NCBI RefSeq assembly: GCF_009914755.1 | Contig: NC_060935.1 | Direction: 5' to 3' (one strand) | Source: the human T2T-CHM13v2.0 reference genome, Homo sapiens | Length of the DNA: 64,000 nucleotides | Shown here: piece by piece, positions 46,945-61,420 of the stretch | Position numbering within the stretch: the stretch's first letter is position 1 | Layout of the letters: every line of letters starts with the position of its first letter | Translations under genes and position numbers: made by a program | The notes under the pieces: model-generated | The model's input: only the letters and a program-made list of their open reading frames with translations | The model's database searches: none | Told to the model about the DNA's origin: nothing

Positions 46945-47857
46945 CTAGTCAGAAGCCACTGTCCCTCTCCCACTTCAAACAGCCCTGATGGCTATAAACA
47001 CTGCGTGGCCTGACACGTGGCCAGCAGAGGGTGACCCCAAGTCCCCTGACAGCACCGATCAGTTCGTGTGGGCAGACCCTAAGAGCCAGCAGCCCAAAAA
47101 TAGTTCTGGGCGTGGGAAGTCAACGTGAAGCTGTATATGGTGAAAATACAGGTTGAGGCTCTTTTGAAACAGAGAAGTGCCCCTTGCTATGGAGATATAA
47201 AGCTGTCTTGTGGTAGATTCTGGAAATCCCAAGGCTTAGAGCCCTTCACAGGGCATGGCAGGGCTGAGGGGAATGCGGGGAACGTTGGATGACAATGCTG
47301 GGGGCATGGATTCTTGGCCCCTAAGGAGCCCTGGCTGTGCCTCCTGCAACTCCTTCCAGGCCTCTGGAGTGACAGGGCATAATTCAGGTGCCAGGGCTCA
47401 GGCTCCAGGGGCCCTGGATAGGGTGTGGTGGCAGCAGCCTCTGAGCTAAGAAAGTCGATCATTCTAGAGCTCTAACCATTCTATTTAAAGCTCAAGACAA
47501 AGAGAAGGCGGGAAGGGAAATGCTCAAGGCAAACAACCTCCGAGCAGCACCCGGAGACCACGCCTGGGGAGGAGGGGCCCAGGCTGCTGCCAGAGGGCTC
47601 AGAAACGGCTGCTGTACAGAGAGAGCTCTGCACTGCATGGGGCTGAGTGATGCTGAGTGTGAGAAATGGAAAACATCCTCAAAGGCTATCAAAGGGAGAT
47701 GGGTTCGTCGGTTAGACACACCCACAGCGGGATGCTCTGCAGAGAATGACGCAGAGCTCAATTTATTGGCTTGGAGAGGCGACCCCAGCCCATTATTATT
47801 GAGTTAAAAAATAAATTTAAAAACTGCATTGATAGTAAGATACCATTTATGTAAAGT

Positions 47858-47870
47858 ACTCTCTCTCTCT

Positions 47871-47901
<31 letters not shown>

Positions 47902-47902
47902 C
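47858..47902. repeat. (CT)n(CA)n microsatellite
   Basis: Direct observation. Confidence 0.9.
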
Positions 47903-48035
47903 CCTGGTATCAGAAAAGTCAGGAAACAGTATCAGGGCCAGCTTCACGTGCAGGGCCCCAAGCTTGGTTTAACACTCTGCTGCCACCATCTTACTTTGTA
48001 ATTCTGTAGCTGGCCCTGCATGGAATAAGCTCGCT

Positions 48036-48625
48036 TAAAAAAAAATCAACTTTGATGAGAGATAATGTACGTACAATAAAATACACCCATTTTAAGTGGA
48101 CAGTTGGATGAGTTTTGACAAATACCCATGCAACGACTTAAATTAAGATATAGAACCTCTCCTCACCCCATCAAGTGCCTCCCGCCCTGTGCGACCACAC
48201 TCCCTGCCCCAACCCCACACAACCACTGTCACTGACACTGTCCCTATAGCTTACCGTTGTCATTTCCAGAATACGATAAAAATGAAATTGCACGCTGCAC
48301 ACTCGTTTCCGCCTTCTTCCCTCACAGTCATGGTCTGGGAGTCCACACTGTGTTAGCAGTGGTTTGCTCCTTTTGTATTGCAGAGAAATGCGGATACACA
48401 TGTAGATGTACATATATCGCCATTCATCTCTTTCTCCATTAGTGGACATCAGGGTGGTTTCCAGTTTGGGGCTATTAACGAGCAGTGCTGACGTGAGCTT
48501 TTGTGTACAAGCTGCGTAGCAACATATGCTTTCACTTCTCTTGGGCAAATACCTAGGAGGGCAATTATCGTGTTGTACGGTAGGTGTATGTTTAATTGCC
48601 TAAGAAACTGCCAAACTATTTTCCA
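48036..48625 (-). mobile_element. L1ME/MB-like 3' fragment (further AT-rich old L1 debris likely at ~49200-51900)
   Basis: cacccattttaagtggacagttggatgagttttgacaaat...ttccagtttggggctatta...tctcttgggcaaatacctagga...aagaaactgccaaactattttccaaa. Confidence 0.8.
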
Positions 48626-51209
48626 AAATGTTTGGACCATGTTTAGATAAACAGCACAGGACATTTTTGAATACTATTGCAATATGTTTTTCTGCAACTC
48701 CCAGTGCAACAAACACATTTCAGAGTATCCAGAAATTCGGGAAACAAGGGTTAAATAGTGATTATTTATTGTACTTTGTTCAGGTTAACAATTGGACCCA
48801 TTGCTTCAAATGTAGAGGTACTACGCCTGAAAAAGTGTCTAGCAGTTAAAGAAAAACATATTGAGCCCAGAATTTGGAGGTATAACAAATATAATGTTTT
48901 AAAATAAGTGTATCCTATGTTTCCTGAATTTTGGGCCACCCTGAGCCTGGAAAAACGATCAGAAGGGTCATCTCAATATGTTACGCATGTTATAATGATA
49001 GCTGTGGTTTACTTGCCAGCTATAAAAGCTACATTTATTTGTTGTAGAAGATTTAGAAAATACAAATAAGAATAAAAATATAGTTCCTATTCATCATAAT
49101 GCTATTTTCTCCTGTGTGTTTTGCTAGGTGCTTGTGTATATTTAATATTAATCATATTTTTTATCTCACACTAACTTCCTAAAATATCTCCTTATTTACA
49201 AAAGCAGTACTCCCTCATAGCAAAATTTTAAAAACAAAATATTAATAATTTAAAATTAAAAATTGAAATAAGAGCCTCCTACCCAAAGTTAACAATCTGC
49301 TCTGCATCCTTCCAGACATTTTTTACACGGGTTCGGTCCTTTATATGTATATATGTGTATGAGCATTGCATTATAAAACATTTTATATAACATTGCGTTA
49401 TAAAAACATGTATAAAAGATATGTTTTTGAACACATATATTTTAAAATTTATATCATTTCATATCATATTTTTAACTAGTAACAGGCATTAAATATTCTT
49501 AGAAAAAAGTTTTGAATATCTACATACTATTCCATTGTATAAGTGTGCCTTAATTTATTAAACTATTACTCAAATGTTAAAGCTCTTGGTCGAGTCTATT
49601 TGTGTGTGTGTGTATGTGTGTGTAGTAATACTGTGATAAGCACTTTTTGTCATAAAATTTGGCCACATCTCTAATTCAATGCATAGGATAGAGTCCTAGA
49701 ATTTCTAGATCAAATTATATATCATATTAATAATCTTAAACAACTGTTATCAAATTGTGTCCAAAACGTTTTAACCAGTTTACCCTTCAACTGGTCAAAA
49801 TTCAGTTCAATCGTTCTAAAATTTTTTAACTTTTAGAGTGAATAATCATGTCTCATTGTTGAACTAATTGACACGCTCATGATTATTACGGAGCTTAGCA
49901 TTTTTTTCATATGCTTATTGGCCATTTCTACCTTTCCTTTTGTAAATTGCTTACACTTTAATCTATTTTTTCATTAGGTTCAATCTCTTTCTTATGGAAA
50001 TATAAAAGTATTTAATATATTTTTTGAATTCCCAGCATTTATAACAGTGCATCAACCATTATAAGCACTTAAGAAATGTTAAATGAAGGAATATATACAA
50101 GGGATAGTAATCATTTTTTCTATATGTTGCAAATATGTGTTCTTAGCAAACAAATAGCTTCAAATTTTGCTCACGCTTTTTTTTAATTTAAAATAGAATT
50201 CAAAATGCTATTTCTATTTTTCTTCTGTAGCTCCTTTATAGTCTATGTCTGGTAAGTCTTTCCCTCATTCTTAAATCAGATAAGCTTTGGCCTATATTAT
50301 CTTCTCTTTCTATTTTTATAAAATACTTAAATCTTATTATCTGCAAGGGCAAACTCTGTTTCATCACTCCCATTTTTCAAAAAATTCTCAGTAATTGTCT
50401 CCAGCTTATCCTTTAGGTAAACTTTAAAATTACTTAAATCCCCCCACTACACACATACAAATACCATTTGGGTTTAGGGAGAACTGCCTTCAACCTATAA
50501 GTTACGATACTTGGGGCCTCTGTCCCTCATTCCCCTGGGATCTTTATTGGAGTCAGCTGGAAGGGATGCCAAGGTCAGGAAGCCAATATGATATGATGCC
50601 CACAGCACCCCAGAGCTCTGCACCAGCCTCCAGGTTGCCAGGCGTGCTCAAAGATGATTCATTAATTAGTAAGTATTTTTAAAAGACAGTCATCACGTCC
50701 ATGAGATCGGGGTCAAATAGGCACTCCCTTGTGCTTCAGGTTGGAATGTAAATTGAGAGACAGCTTTTAAAAGCAACTGGAAAATGCGTACCGAGGGCTT
50801 TAACAATGCCTGCGCTTTTGACCAGGAGACCCACATTTAGAAACTGCCAAGAAAACAGTGTAGACAAACATATACGCACAAAGATGTCCTCTACTATATA
50901 AGGAAAAACTAGAATGAGATGTCTAACATCTAGGAAACCCATCTGGTAAATGCCGGTATCTAGATCTAAGAGAATTTCATGCAGTTTTCAGAAGGGATTC
51001 TTCTTACAAAATCCCAGCAAGATGTACAGCAAACAAGCCTAGGAGGGCTGCCCACGATGCTCTGAATGGTAGATTTGGATGGGATTCTTTTTTCTCTTTC
51101 TAGTTTTTAAAATAGTTTTCCAAGTTTTGTGCCATAAACATGTATTTCCTTGATAATTTTTTTGAAACCTATTTTAAATGAGCAATTAACATGTTTAAAA
51201 ATTAATATA

Positions 51210-51508
<299 letters not shown>

Positions 51509-54500
51509 TTAATGTAACTTTTTATTATAACAAATCCACACTCATAGAAAGGAAACAAGAAAAAAAAAGGCTAAACACTGCACAAAATCTCTAAAGAAGG
51601 TAAAAATAATCTGGAATCCTACCACCTGGAGATAACCACCTCTATACATACACATACCTATATGTAGACACACATACAGAGACACATGCATGTTATTTGC
51701 AAATTGCTTCTTTTCCTCATCAATATGTCATGGACATCCTTCCACAGCAATAAAAGTCCATCAACCTCATTCTTTCTTAATGGTCCATGTGAAAATATTT
51801 CCACCCATACATCTTGTCTTATGGACGTACCATTATTTATTTAACCAATGCTCTATTGATGCACCTTGAAGTTGTTTGCAATATTTCACTTAATCATTAA
51901 CATACCAATAAATGATATGGACTGCGGGAGTCAGCCTCTGCTGTAGTGTTAATATTCTACTGTGAATTCACTATTCAGGTCAGGGCATCAGTTTCGTCCC
52001 TTGTAAGACAAGGACATGGCGATTCCTGAGGTGCCTCCAGCTGTAGTATTCTCTGATTTCCTGCAGTGGCAGCTGGTTTCTCAAGAATATGAAGTGCTCG
52101 ATGTAATTTAGAGCAATCTGCACAGCTAAGAATAGGGATCCTCTCTAAAATGATACTGTGGAAGCCCTCAAATTACCGCCAGACTTCAACAGTACATATT
52201 TCCCGATCTGCAGGGTGACTGGAAGGTGGCTTCTGATGCCAACTTGGGCTACAATCATGCTGGAATGCAGCTCTGTCTTCAGTCAGGCCAGTAGCATTCA
52301 AAGAAGCACAACTGTGCAGCCATCTGCCTTTCTCCCAGTGGTCGAGTTCTCTTTTTCTACAGACTGCTCTCAGAGTTCTGCCCATTTTCTTTACCTGCAC
52401 TTTTCCTTGAACCTCAAACATACATACATATTAGGATGCCTTGAGCTCGGTGTTTGCTCTGCAGCAAATCTCTCAATAATCCACCTGCTATCAGCATCAC
52501 ACCCCTGACAAATGCTCCTAATGGGCCTCTTCCCAGAAAAGAGCTTTTGATGTTGCATAGCAAGCATGAGAGTGAGATTCAACCAGGCAGACTGGCTTTA
52601 TCCAACCACAGTAACAACAAACCTTAACTGGGCACCTACTATGTGCCAGGCACACTTCACTTTTGCACATCACTTCATTTCTGAAGACTGGCCAGTTTCT
52701 GAAGGCAGTTAGGAAAAACCCTTGTTGAGAATTCCAGCTTTAAAAAGTGCCTCTGACTCTAGAAACCAGGTTTAGAAAAGCCAGTCCTCTGATGCATAAA
52801 TCCCCGCTACAACAGTAATCGCACCTAGCAGCTTGTATCATTCACAAGCATTCACTTGCTTTGGCCCTGAAGAGCTGCTTTTACTGACTTGTGCTTTGGG
52901 GCAGACCTTCAGGAATTGAGGGATTTTGTGGGAAACAGCATGATGAAACTTGCTGTTTGTTGCTCATAAAGATGACGAGAATGTCTTTTGAGACAGTAGA
53001 GAGGGTCCTCAAGCCTCTGGGTTTGCCTCTTTGCCTTGGCCACCAGGAAGCTCAGAATCAAACCAGTGTCCCACCACCTACAACATGAACAGACCTTTTG
53101 ATATGATGCATCATGTGGATAACTTTCTCATCAATTCATCTTTTCACCCGTGCTTTCCTATCACACAGAGTTCTCTGGGTTATTTTTCATCCTGCTCCGT
53201 TTTGTGTACTGTTGCCTCATACTTATGGTGAATGGGAAGGGAAATAAATGTTACAAGTCAGAGACAGGACAAAAGACTGGCCCCCTAGCTCCCAGCCCTT
53301 TCCCCCACCTTTGATGATTGGGCCACCTGAAGAGGGGTGTCACTTTGATGGGCTGATCCGAGTCACCCCCAGTCACTGCAATTTCAGAACAAAGTGCACC
53401 GTGGGCCCTTTCCACATCTTCTTCAACCACCTCACCTTTTGTTCTTACCCATCAAAACAGATCTGATCTCTTCCCTGCCCACCAGGTAAAAGTGACAAGG
53501 TCAGTAACTCAAAATCACCCTTGAAGGGCCATCTCCTATGGATCCAGAACTCTGAATTAGTAGCCTCTCAGGTTCCAAGGTGACTGAAAGGAAGCCTGAA
53601 TTTAAAACCAAAACCCAAAACGCCTTCTACCACCTAAAGCCCCCACACTGCTGCAAAGCACAGGCAAAAAGTTGGCATCAAGTGCACGTCTGCACCAAAC
53701 TGCACAATCATCACCTTCCTTCTGGTCATTAAGCTTCGGTGCTCATCGCCTTGCTGCCTGGCCCACCCTCCCTCCTGGTCCATCCACTCTGGTGCTGCTG
53801 TGAACCCTGCCTCCTCCAGGAAGCCTTCCCTGACCCATCCATTCAGGCCTCCATTCTGTTTCCACCTATTGCTAGCTCAGCACCGTTCAGCAGGTAACTG
53901 CTTCCAATCCTGCCCTGTCCCCCCACCCCTCCCTCCTGGCTGCTGCCCTCGGCTAAAGCCACGTGGATGCCTGTTCTTGAAACACCAGCCCGGTTTCAAA
54001 TGAGATCACAGAAAGCTACCTGCTTGGCTACACACATTTCCTTTTTAACGAAAGTTTAGCCAAAGCTGTTATTAAGACCTGACCTTAGGCAAGAAGTGAT
54101 GGTAAATTCCCCATGCTGCAGCATCTTGTAAATGGTTCAAATTAGGATAAACCCCAACACCCAGCCCAGCATCACAAAACAACAGTTTAAAAGAAACACC
54201 CCTCCGTACAATGTGTCTCAATGTTTGCTGCGCTTGTACCCCCCGACCTTGCGTTAGTTACCTCATCTCCTGTCAATTTCTTATCCAGTGGAATGTAGGT
54301 AATCACGGTGCCCAGCTCACATTACTAAGTAGTTGTTTATTTCCCTGCTCTGTGTTTCAGTTTCCTCATCTCACCGGGTTGTTTTGAGTCTACATGAGCT
54401 AAGGCATGAAAAGTGCTTAGAATGGGGCCAGCAATCTTCAAATGCCGGGGACTAATAGTGATACAATTATCAAATCATTGTGACAATCTTAGCACAGTGC

Positions 54501-54759
54501 CTGGCATTCAGTAGGCACTTGATAAACCCTAGCTGCTGATGCTGTGTGCTCCTTACTAACTTCTAAGATTTCAAAGCCCTTTACATGTATTTTTCACACA
54601 CGGACATAGCACGTTCAACTGAATTCTGTGTTCTTTGTACAACTACACAGTTTCACCACTGTGGGAAGAGGACACTTTTCTTATTTTGTAATGAAACAAT
54701 GATTTGGGTGGCACATCATAAGTTTAGTTTGCTTTTCTTTGTTTTCCTTTTTAAAATTT

Positions 54760-55064
54760 AATTTAATTTAATACAATTTTGAAACAGGGCATCACTCTGT
54801 CTCCCAGGCTGGAGTCTAGTGGTGTGATCATGGCTCACTACAACCTCTGCCTCCTGGGTTAAGGTGATCCTCCCATCCTCAGCTTCCCGAGGAGCTGGAA
54901 CTACAGGCACGCACCACCATGCCTGGCTGTTTTTTGTATTTTTTTGTATAAGTGGGGTTTTGTCATGTTGCCCAGGCTGATCTCGAACTCTGGGGCTCAA
55001 GCAATCTGCCCGCCTCGGCCTCCCAAAGTGCTGGGATTACAGGTGTGAGCCACTGCACCAGGCC
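54760..55064 (-). mobile_element. Alu (AluJ-like)
   Basis: Reverse consensus. Confidence 0.93.
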
Positions 55065-55579
55065 TGTTTTCCCTGTTAAAGTAAATGAATTGATTGATTA
55101 TCTCCCCCTTGGCTCCTCCTCATTTTAAAATGGCATGAATGGAACAACGTCCACCACAGAAGTCCACAGCCTACAGCCCCACTCTTTGTCTGCCACAAAC
55201 CACTGTGTCCTGGCCCTGGCTCCCTCTGCTCCAGCTCCAAGTGACTCTGTTCCCCTCCCATTTCCTTCCCCTTCCAGTTTCCTCTGTGGCCTCCCAGGGT
55301 TGTGTCTTGTGCCAGCTCACTCGTCTTTTCTGGGCTGCTCCATCCACCCCTGCTCCCCAAAGTCTGTCATTTTTAATGCCTGTTTAATCTGAGTGGCTTT
55401 TCAGTCCTTTCCTTAGTTATGATATCAATGGCATATGGGTTTTCTACCCAACAGATAAGTTCACGGTGGACATTTTAAGCGCACAACTCTTTCCCCTTTA
55501 AATTGTGTCCTTAAAGTTAGGACATTTAAAACAAGAAACGTCATCACATTTTTTTTCCTGGTTTAAATGTAATATACAA

Positions 55580-56440
55580 TGAAAGGAGATTGGATTATGC
55601 TATCCGCAAATATGCCACTTTGGCATAAAGATTAATTTGAGCTGAAATCAATAAGCTCTCTGCCCTCCCCCTTTCTGAAAGCAGGGATCTGTGACTCATG
55701 CCTGTAATCCCAGCACTTTGGGAGGCTGAAGCGAGAGGATCACTTAAGTCTAGGAGTTCAAGACTAGCCAAGGCAACATAGGGAGACCCCATCTATACAA
55801 AAAGTTAAAAAAATTAGCCGAGCCTGATGGTGCACGCCTGTGGTCCCAGCTACTCAAGAGGTTGAAGTGGGAGGATCGTTTGAGCCCAGGAGATGGAGAG
55901 GTGGAGGTTGAGTGAGCTATGGTTACACCCTGCACTCCAGCCTGGGCGACAGAGCGAGACCTTCTCTAAAAAAAAAAGAAAAGTTTTCTTTGTAAAAGTA
56001 ACATAAAATTCCATTTGTGAAGGTATCTCTTTCTCATACCAAGAAGAGGAGGACAACTCTTAATCACAGGTGATGTGGACCACTTTTATTAGGCAGCTTG
56101 AGTTTGCATAACAAATCTTACTCAATAACCCTTATTAAATAACCCTAACCTTCCATTAGCTCCCCCCATATATTTACCTTCCAACAATTTACTGCCCTTA
56201 GAAGTCATAACCTCCTTTTTTCTTAGTCTAGTTGCTTCTCCAAGATTTACTGCCTTTTGTTAAAATAGTATATAACCCCTTCTTTGGGTTTTCACTTCTT
56301 GCCTGTGAAACCCTCACTTGCATGTGAAATATTTTCTCCTGTTCAATCGTCTTTTAACAGTTTGATTCTCAGGCCCAAGTCACTGAACCTAAGAGGGTAG
56401 AGGAAAAGTCATTGTTGTTGCTGTTATTTTATCTCCTCTA
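55580..56440 (+). mobile_element. ERV1-type solo LTR (MER31-like), split by an Alu at ~55684-55980
   Basis: tg...ca ends. aaatatgccactttggcataaagattaatttgagctgaa at the 5' side and gaacctaagagggtagaggaaaag...ctcctctaca at the 3' side. Confidence 0.65.
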
Positions 56441-56969
56441 CATAGTCGTATGTGACATTTTAGAAAATCCACAAATGTCTAAAGGAAAACTTTAATCACT
56501 AATAAATAACCTACCTACCCCTGAGACAATGAAGCTCCATCGAGGCACCTTTTCTTCTAGCCTCCCACCCCCTTCTGCACAGACACAGAGGAAGTGTGAG
56601 CTGATAGAACAGCACAGAGAGCAGGGGCCTGGAGGTGCAAAGACCCTGGCTACTTCACCTCCGAGCCATGCAACCTTGGGCAATCATTGAACCTTCCTCA
56701 GCCTCGTTTCCTCATCTGTGAAATGGGGAGAAGATGAGGATCTGCCTCACAAGGTTGCTGGAGGACTCTAAGACACAGCAAGGGCTGGCTACACAACTGG
56801 CATGTGGTCAGTGCCCACTGGGTCATAACTACTTAAATATAAACTGTCAGTACAGAAATATCAGTAATCAATATTTTATAAAATAGAATTATAATATATT
56901 TAAACATGACATATTTAACATTTTATACATTAAAAATGTAAAGTTATAAATTACAAATTAAAATATATA

Positions 56970-57050
56970 GGCCAAGGTGAGAGGATCCCTTGAAGCTAGG
57001 AGTTTGAGACCAGCCTGAGAAAAAAAAAAAAAAAAAAGGAAAAAAATAAT
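56970..57050 (+). mobile_element. Very short Alu fragment directly followed by polyA
   Basis: ggccaaggtgagaggatcccttgaagctaggagtttgagaccagcctgag then an A tract, flanked by taaaatata. Confidence 0.8.
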
Positions 57051-58526
57051 AAAATATACGATGTATCAGTGATTACACTGTAAACTACACAGGCAGCTTG
57101 CTAGCTGCACTTTATACACTATCAATAGCGTTTCCCATCATTACAAGCTGCTACATCATTTTTAATGGCTGCCCAGACCTCATTTCACAGTGTCTTTGAT
57201 TTTTAACAGGACCAGCTGCTAATTTGGGTGCCATAATAGCACAGCTAGGATAGGAGAATCATTGAGATTCCCTGTTCCAAAAAAGCCATCTCCAGCCCAC
57301 ACTCCCTTCGGCTTCATTAATGCCTCTGTAGAAGTGGCTTCCTGAGCACTTGGCCTTTGATTTATAATCACCAGCTAAAACCAACAAACCAGCTCTGGAG
57401 GAATCAAACAGGGAGCATTTCAACTCGAAGTGCCTGGACAGAACTGTTGCATTCTCTCCCAGGCCCTGCAGGCACCTGCACTTGCCATTTCCTGGGGCTC
57501 GGGAAGGAATCCAGAAAAGTGAGAGGCTTTTATACTCCGAGCAGGTCACAGTGAAACCACCGGATCCCTGGAGCCTGGGCTCTAATCCCAGGGAGCTTTC
57601 CCTTCTCTTTCAGGCACTTGAAACATACTTAGCAGGTACGAGGGCAGGTGTCCCACCCCATTCCACAGGTTTGGACACACAAGTTCAGAAAGGAGGAGAG
57701 CCTGGGCCAGTGTCACATGGACAGCGACAGGGCCAGGGTCCCTCCAGGTCTGGCTGAGTCCCTGTCCAATGCCCTCCCCGACCCATGTTGCTTCCCAGGA
57801 AAGATGAGCATCCTCTTGAGACAGGAGCTCAGAGCAGCTGATGGCTGGAGGTCAAGGGTACAGGACTCCCCGTCACACCCACACTTCCCTTCCTGACCAG
57901 GGACTCACCCGGCTAGACAGCCCAACACCAGCACAGACCAACCTGTACCCCATGCTGGGCTGTTCATCATCTTGGGGTAGCTCCGGGCAGGTCCTCGTCT
58001 GCAGTTCCCACCCAGACCTGCCTCTCTGGAGCAGGCCTTCCAAACCAAGGGGGACAAGGCAAGCTCTGACCTCACCATCCCGCCACAACCACAGTGAGCG
58101 TGGACCCACAGATGGGGGCTCCCGCCTTGCCCCCATCTCCCAACCATGGCCTGAACTCTGCACCCTGGAGCAGTCCTGCCCTGGGGGCTGGAGACCTGGG
58201 GCAGCAGGTGGAGAAAGTGGATGTCCTAGCACTGCTATGAGCAATCAGTCCCCAGAACAGCCTGCACTGTCTCCCCAACACTGTGGAAGAGAGAACGGAG
58301 AGCAGAAAACACAGTCTATATGCCTGGGAGCGGCTTGTTTCTGGGTCTAGTCTCTCAGCATCTGGGAGCTTTCTTTAATTAACACTGAAGAGCAGTGTTC
58401 AGTGTGTTCCTGGCTCTCCTACCTGGGGGAATCGGGTTAAGCCCAAACCACACATCATGGTCCTCTTTCCCGCTGCAGGAAGTGAGCCCCTGTCTCTTGA
58501 GAGATAGTGAGCCACTATTCAATTTA

Positions 58527-59015
<489 letters not shown>

Positions 59016-59189
59016 TTATCAGGGACCATGGATGGGTTTGGAATTGAGTTGACGGGGTTCGAGTCTGGCTCTGAAACTTTGTGGCAGGTTAAACAGCAAG
59101 GAATTTCAGCTTTCGAGTGGGGACAGTAATAATCCTCAGAACTCAAGTTTGTCCAGCTGCAAAACGGCACAATAACAGGAAGGGAACCT

Positions 59190-60075
<886 letters not shown>

Positions 60076-60194
60076 TAAAAAGTGGCTGGCACATAGTGTA
60101 AGGATCAGTTCAGTTACCATATAGGAGAGTGTTTTTGAAAATTGTCGTGTGCTATGGAGAGGCCAGCCCTAGTGATTCATAAGGCTATAGCGGA

Positions 60195-60430
60195 GAGTGG
60201 GTGTGACCGCACTACCAGAACTGGAATCAACACGGAACTCCAGAACTTACTAGCTGGGACCGTGGGCAAGTTCCCTAACGACTCTGGGCCTCTGCCTCTT
60301 CATCTCTACCATGGAGATGGTAACAGTTTCAGCCTCACGGGGCTGATGTGAAGATTAAATGAGTTAACACGAGCAAGCCGCTGAGGACAGCCTTGCACAT
60401 GGTCACGCACTGAGTAAACGGCAGCTCTTG
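60195..60430 (+). mobile_element. MIR
   Basis: acttactagctgggaccgtgggcaagttccctaacgactctgggcctc...gtgaagattaaatgagttaac. Confidence 0.7.
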
Positions 60431-61134
60431 TTCTCATCCTCATCCTCACTCTTCTATCCCAGCAGCGCAGTGGGGGACCCCAAGATCAAGAGCAGGGCTA
60501 GAGACACATTCTGTTCATCACAATGTCCCTTCTGAGGTTCACGCCATTCATCACAGTTCCTTGGGCTTCGGATTAGATGTGGTCATCTGTCCTGAACCTC
60601 CTCACGGCCCCACAGGCCCAGAGCTGGGCTCTGCCCATCATGGGGCTGCTTCCTGTTCCCCAAACACTGGCCACAATGTGAGGTCAGCCCAAAGGCGTAG
60701 GTGAGGAAGAGTGGGGTCCCTGGGACAGGAAGACAGGGTGACAGGAGTGGGCCAGCTCCAAGGTCAGAGAGAAGCCACAGGCTGAGCATCTCAGAGCCCC
60801 CAGTGCCTAGTACAAAGAAGCATAAGAAGGCTGGCTCACTCTCATTGAGCCCTATATCGTCCCCTGCATTAGAGCCAAGAAAACTCAGCCTCCAAGACAC
60901 GGAACATATTTTCCTGGGTCAGAAGCAGCAGTCAAACCTGGTCTATTTATGCCGAAGCCCAAGTGCAGGTGCTCAGAGGAGGTATGTTAAGGTGGGAGAT
61001 ATGTTAAGGTGGGGCAGGAGGCTGGGGATAAATGAGGGAGGGAGGGAATAGGGGCTCAGCTCTACCTCTGCACCCGCCACACATACACTGGGCTTACCTC
61101 TCCTCTCAACAAACACACTCTAGATAACACTTCC

Positions 61135-61420
61135 TCCAAGGGCATTTGTGAAAATGCAGGTTCCTGGGCCCCACTCCGAACCAACTGAGTGGAACCTCTG
61201 GCCTAGAAACAGGAAACCTGCATTTTTTAAGTGTCCCCCCGGTAATTCTTAAGCAATTTTAAGCCGGGCGCGGTGGCTCATGCCTATAATCCCAGCACTT
61301 ATTGGGAGGCCGAGGCAGGTGGATAGCTTGAGCCCAAGAGTTCGAGACCACCCTGGCCAACATAGTGAGAACCCCCCATCTCTATTTAAACAACAACAAA
61401 AAAGAAATTTGAGAACAACT
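61135..61420. mobile_element. MER5A-like fragment with an inserted Alu left monomer/FLAM (~61262-61405)
   Basis: gaaaatgcaggttcctgggccccactcc...ctgcattttttaagtgtccccccggtaattct, then gccgggcgcggtggctcatg monomer. Confidence 0.7.

Noticed and set aside
52158-52582. Possible processed-pseudogene fragment in unique-looking sequence
   Set aside because: No translation resembles a protein I recognise, and there is no polyA or TSD. A BLASTX/Dfam search would settle it.
52938-53110. ATGATGA box-C-like word suggesting a C/D snoRNA
   Set aside because: No properly placed box D with a terminal stem, and no evident host intron.
60984-61014. Short duplication atgttaaggtggg x2 (also tagcataaggc x2 near 20159-20181)
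   Set aside because: Ordinary slippage micro-duplications with no sign of function.
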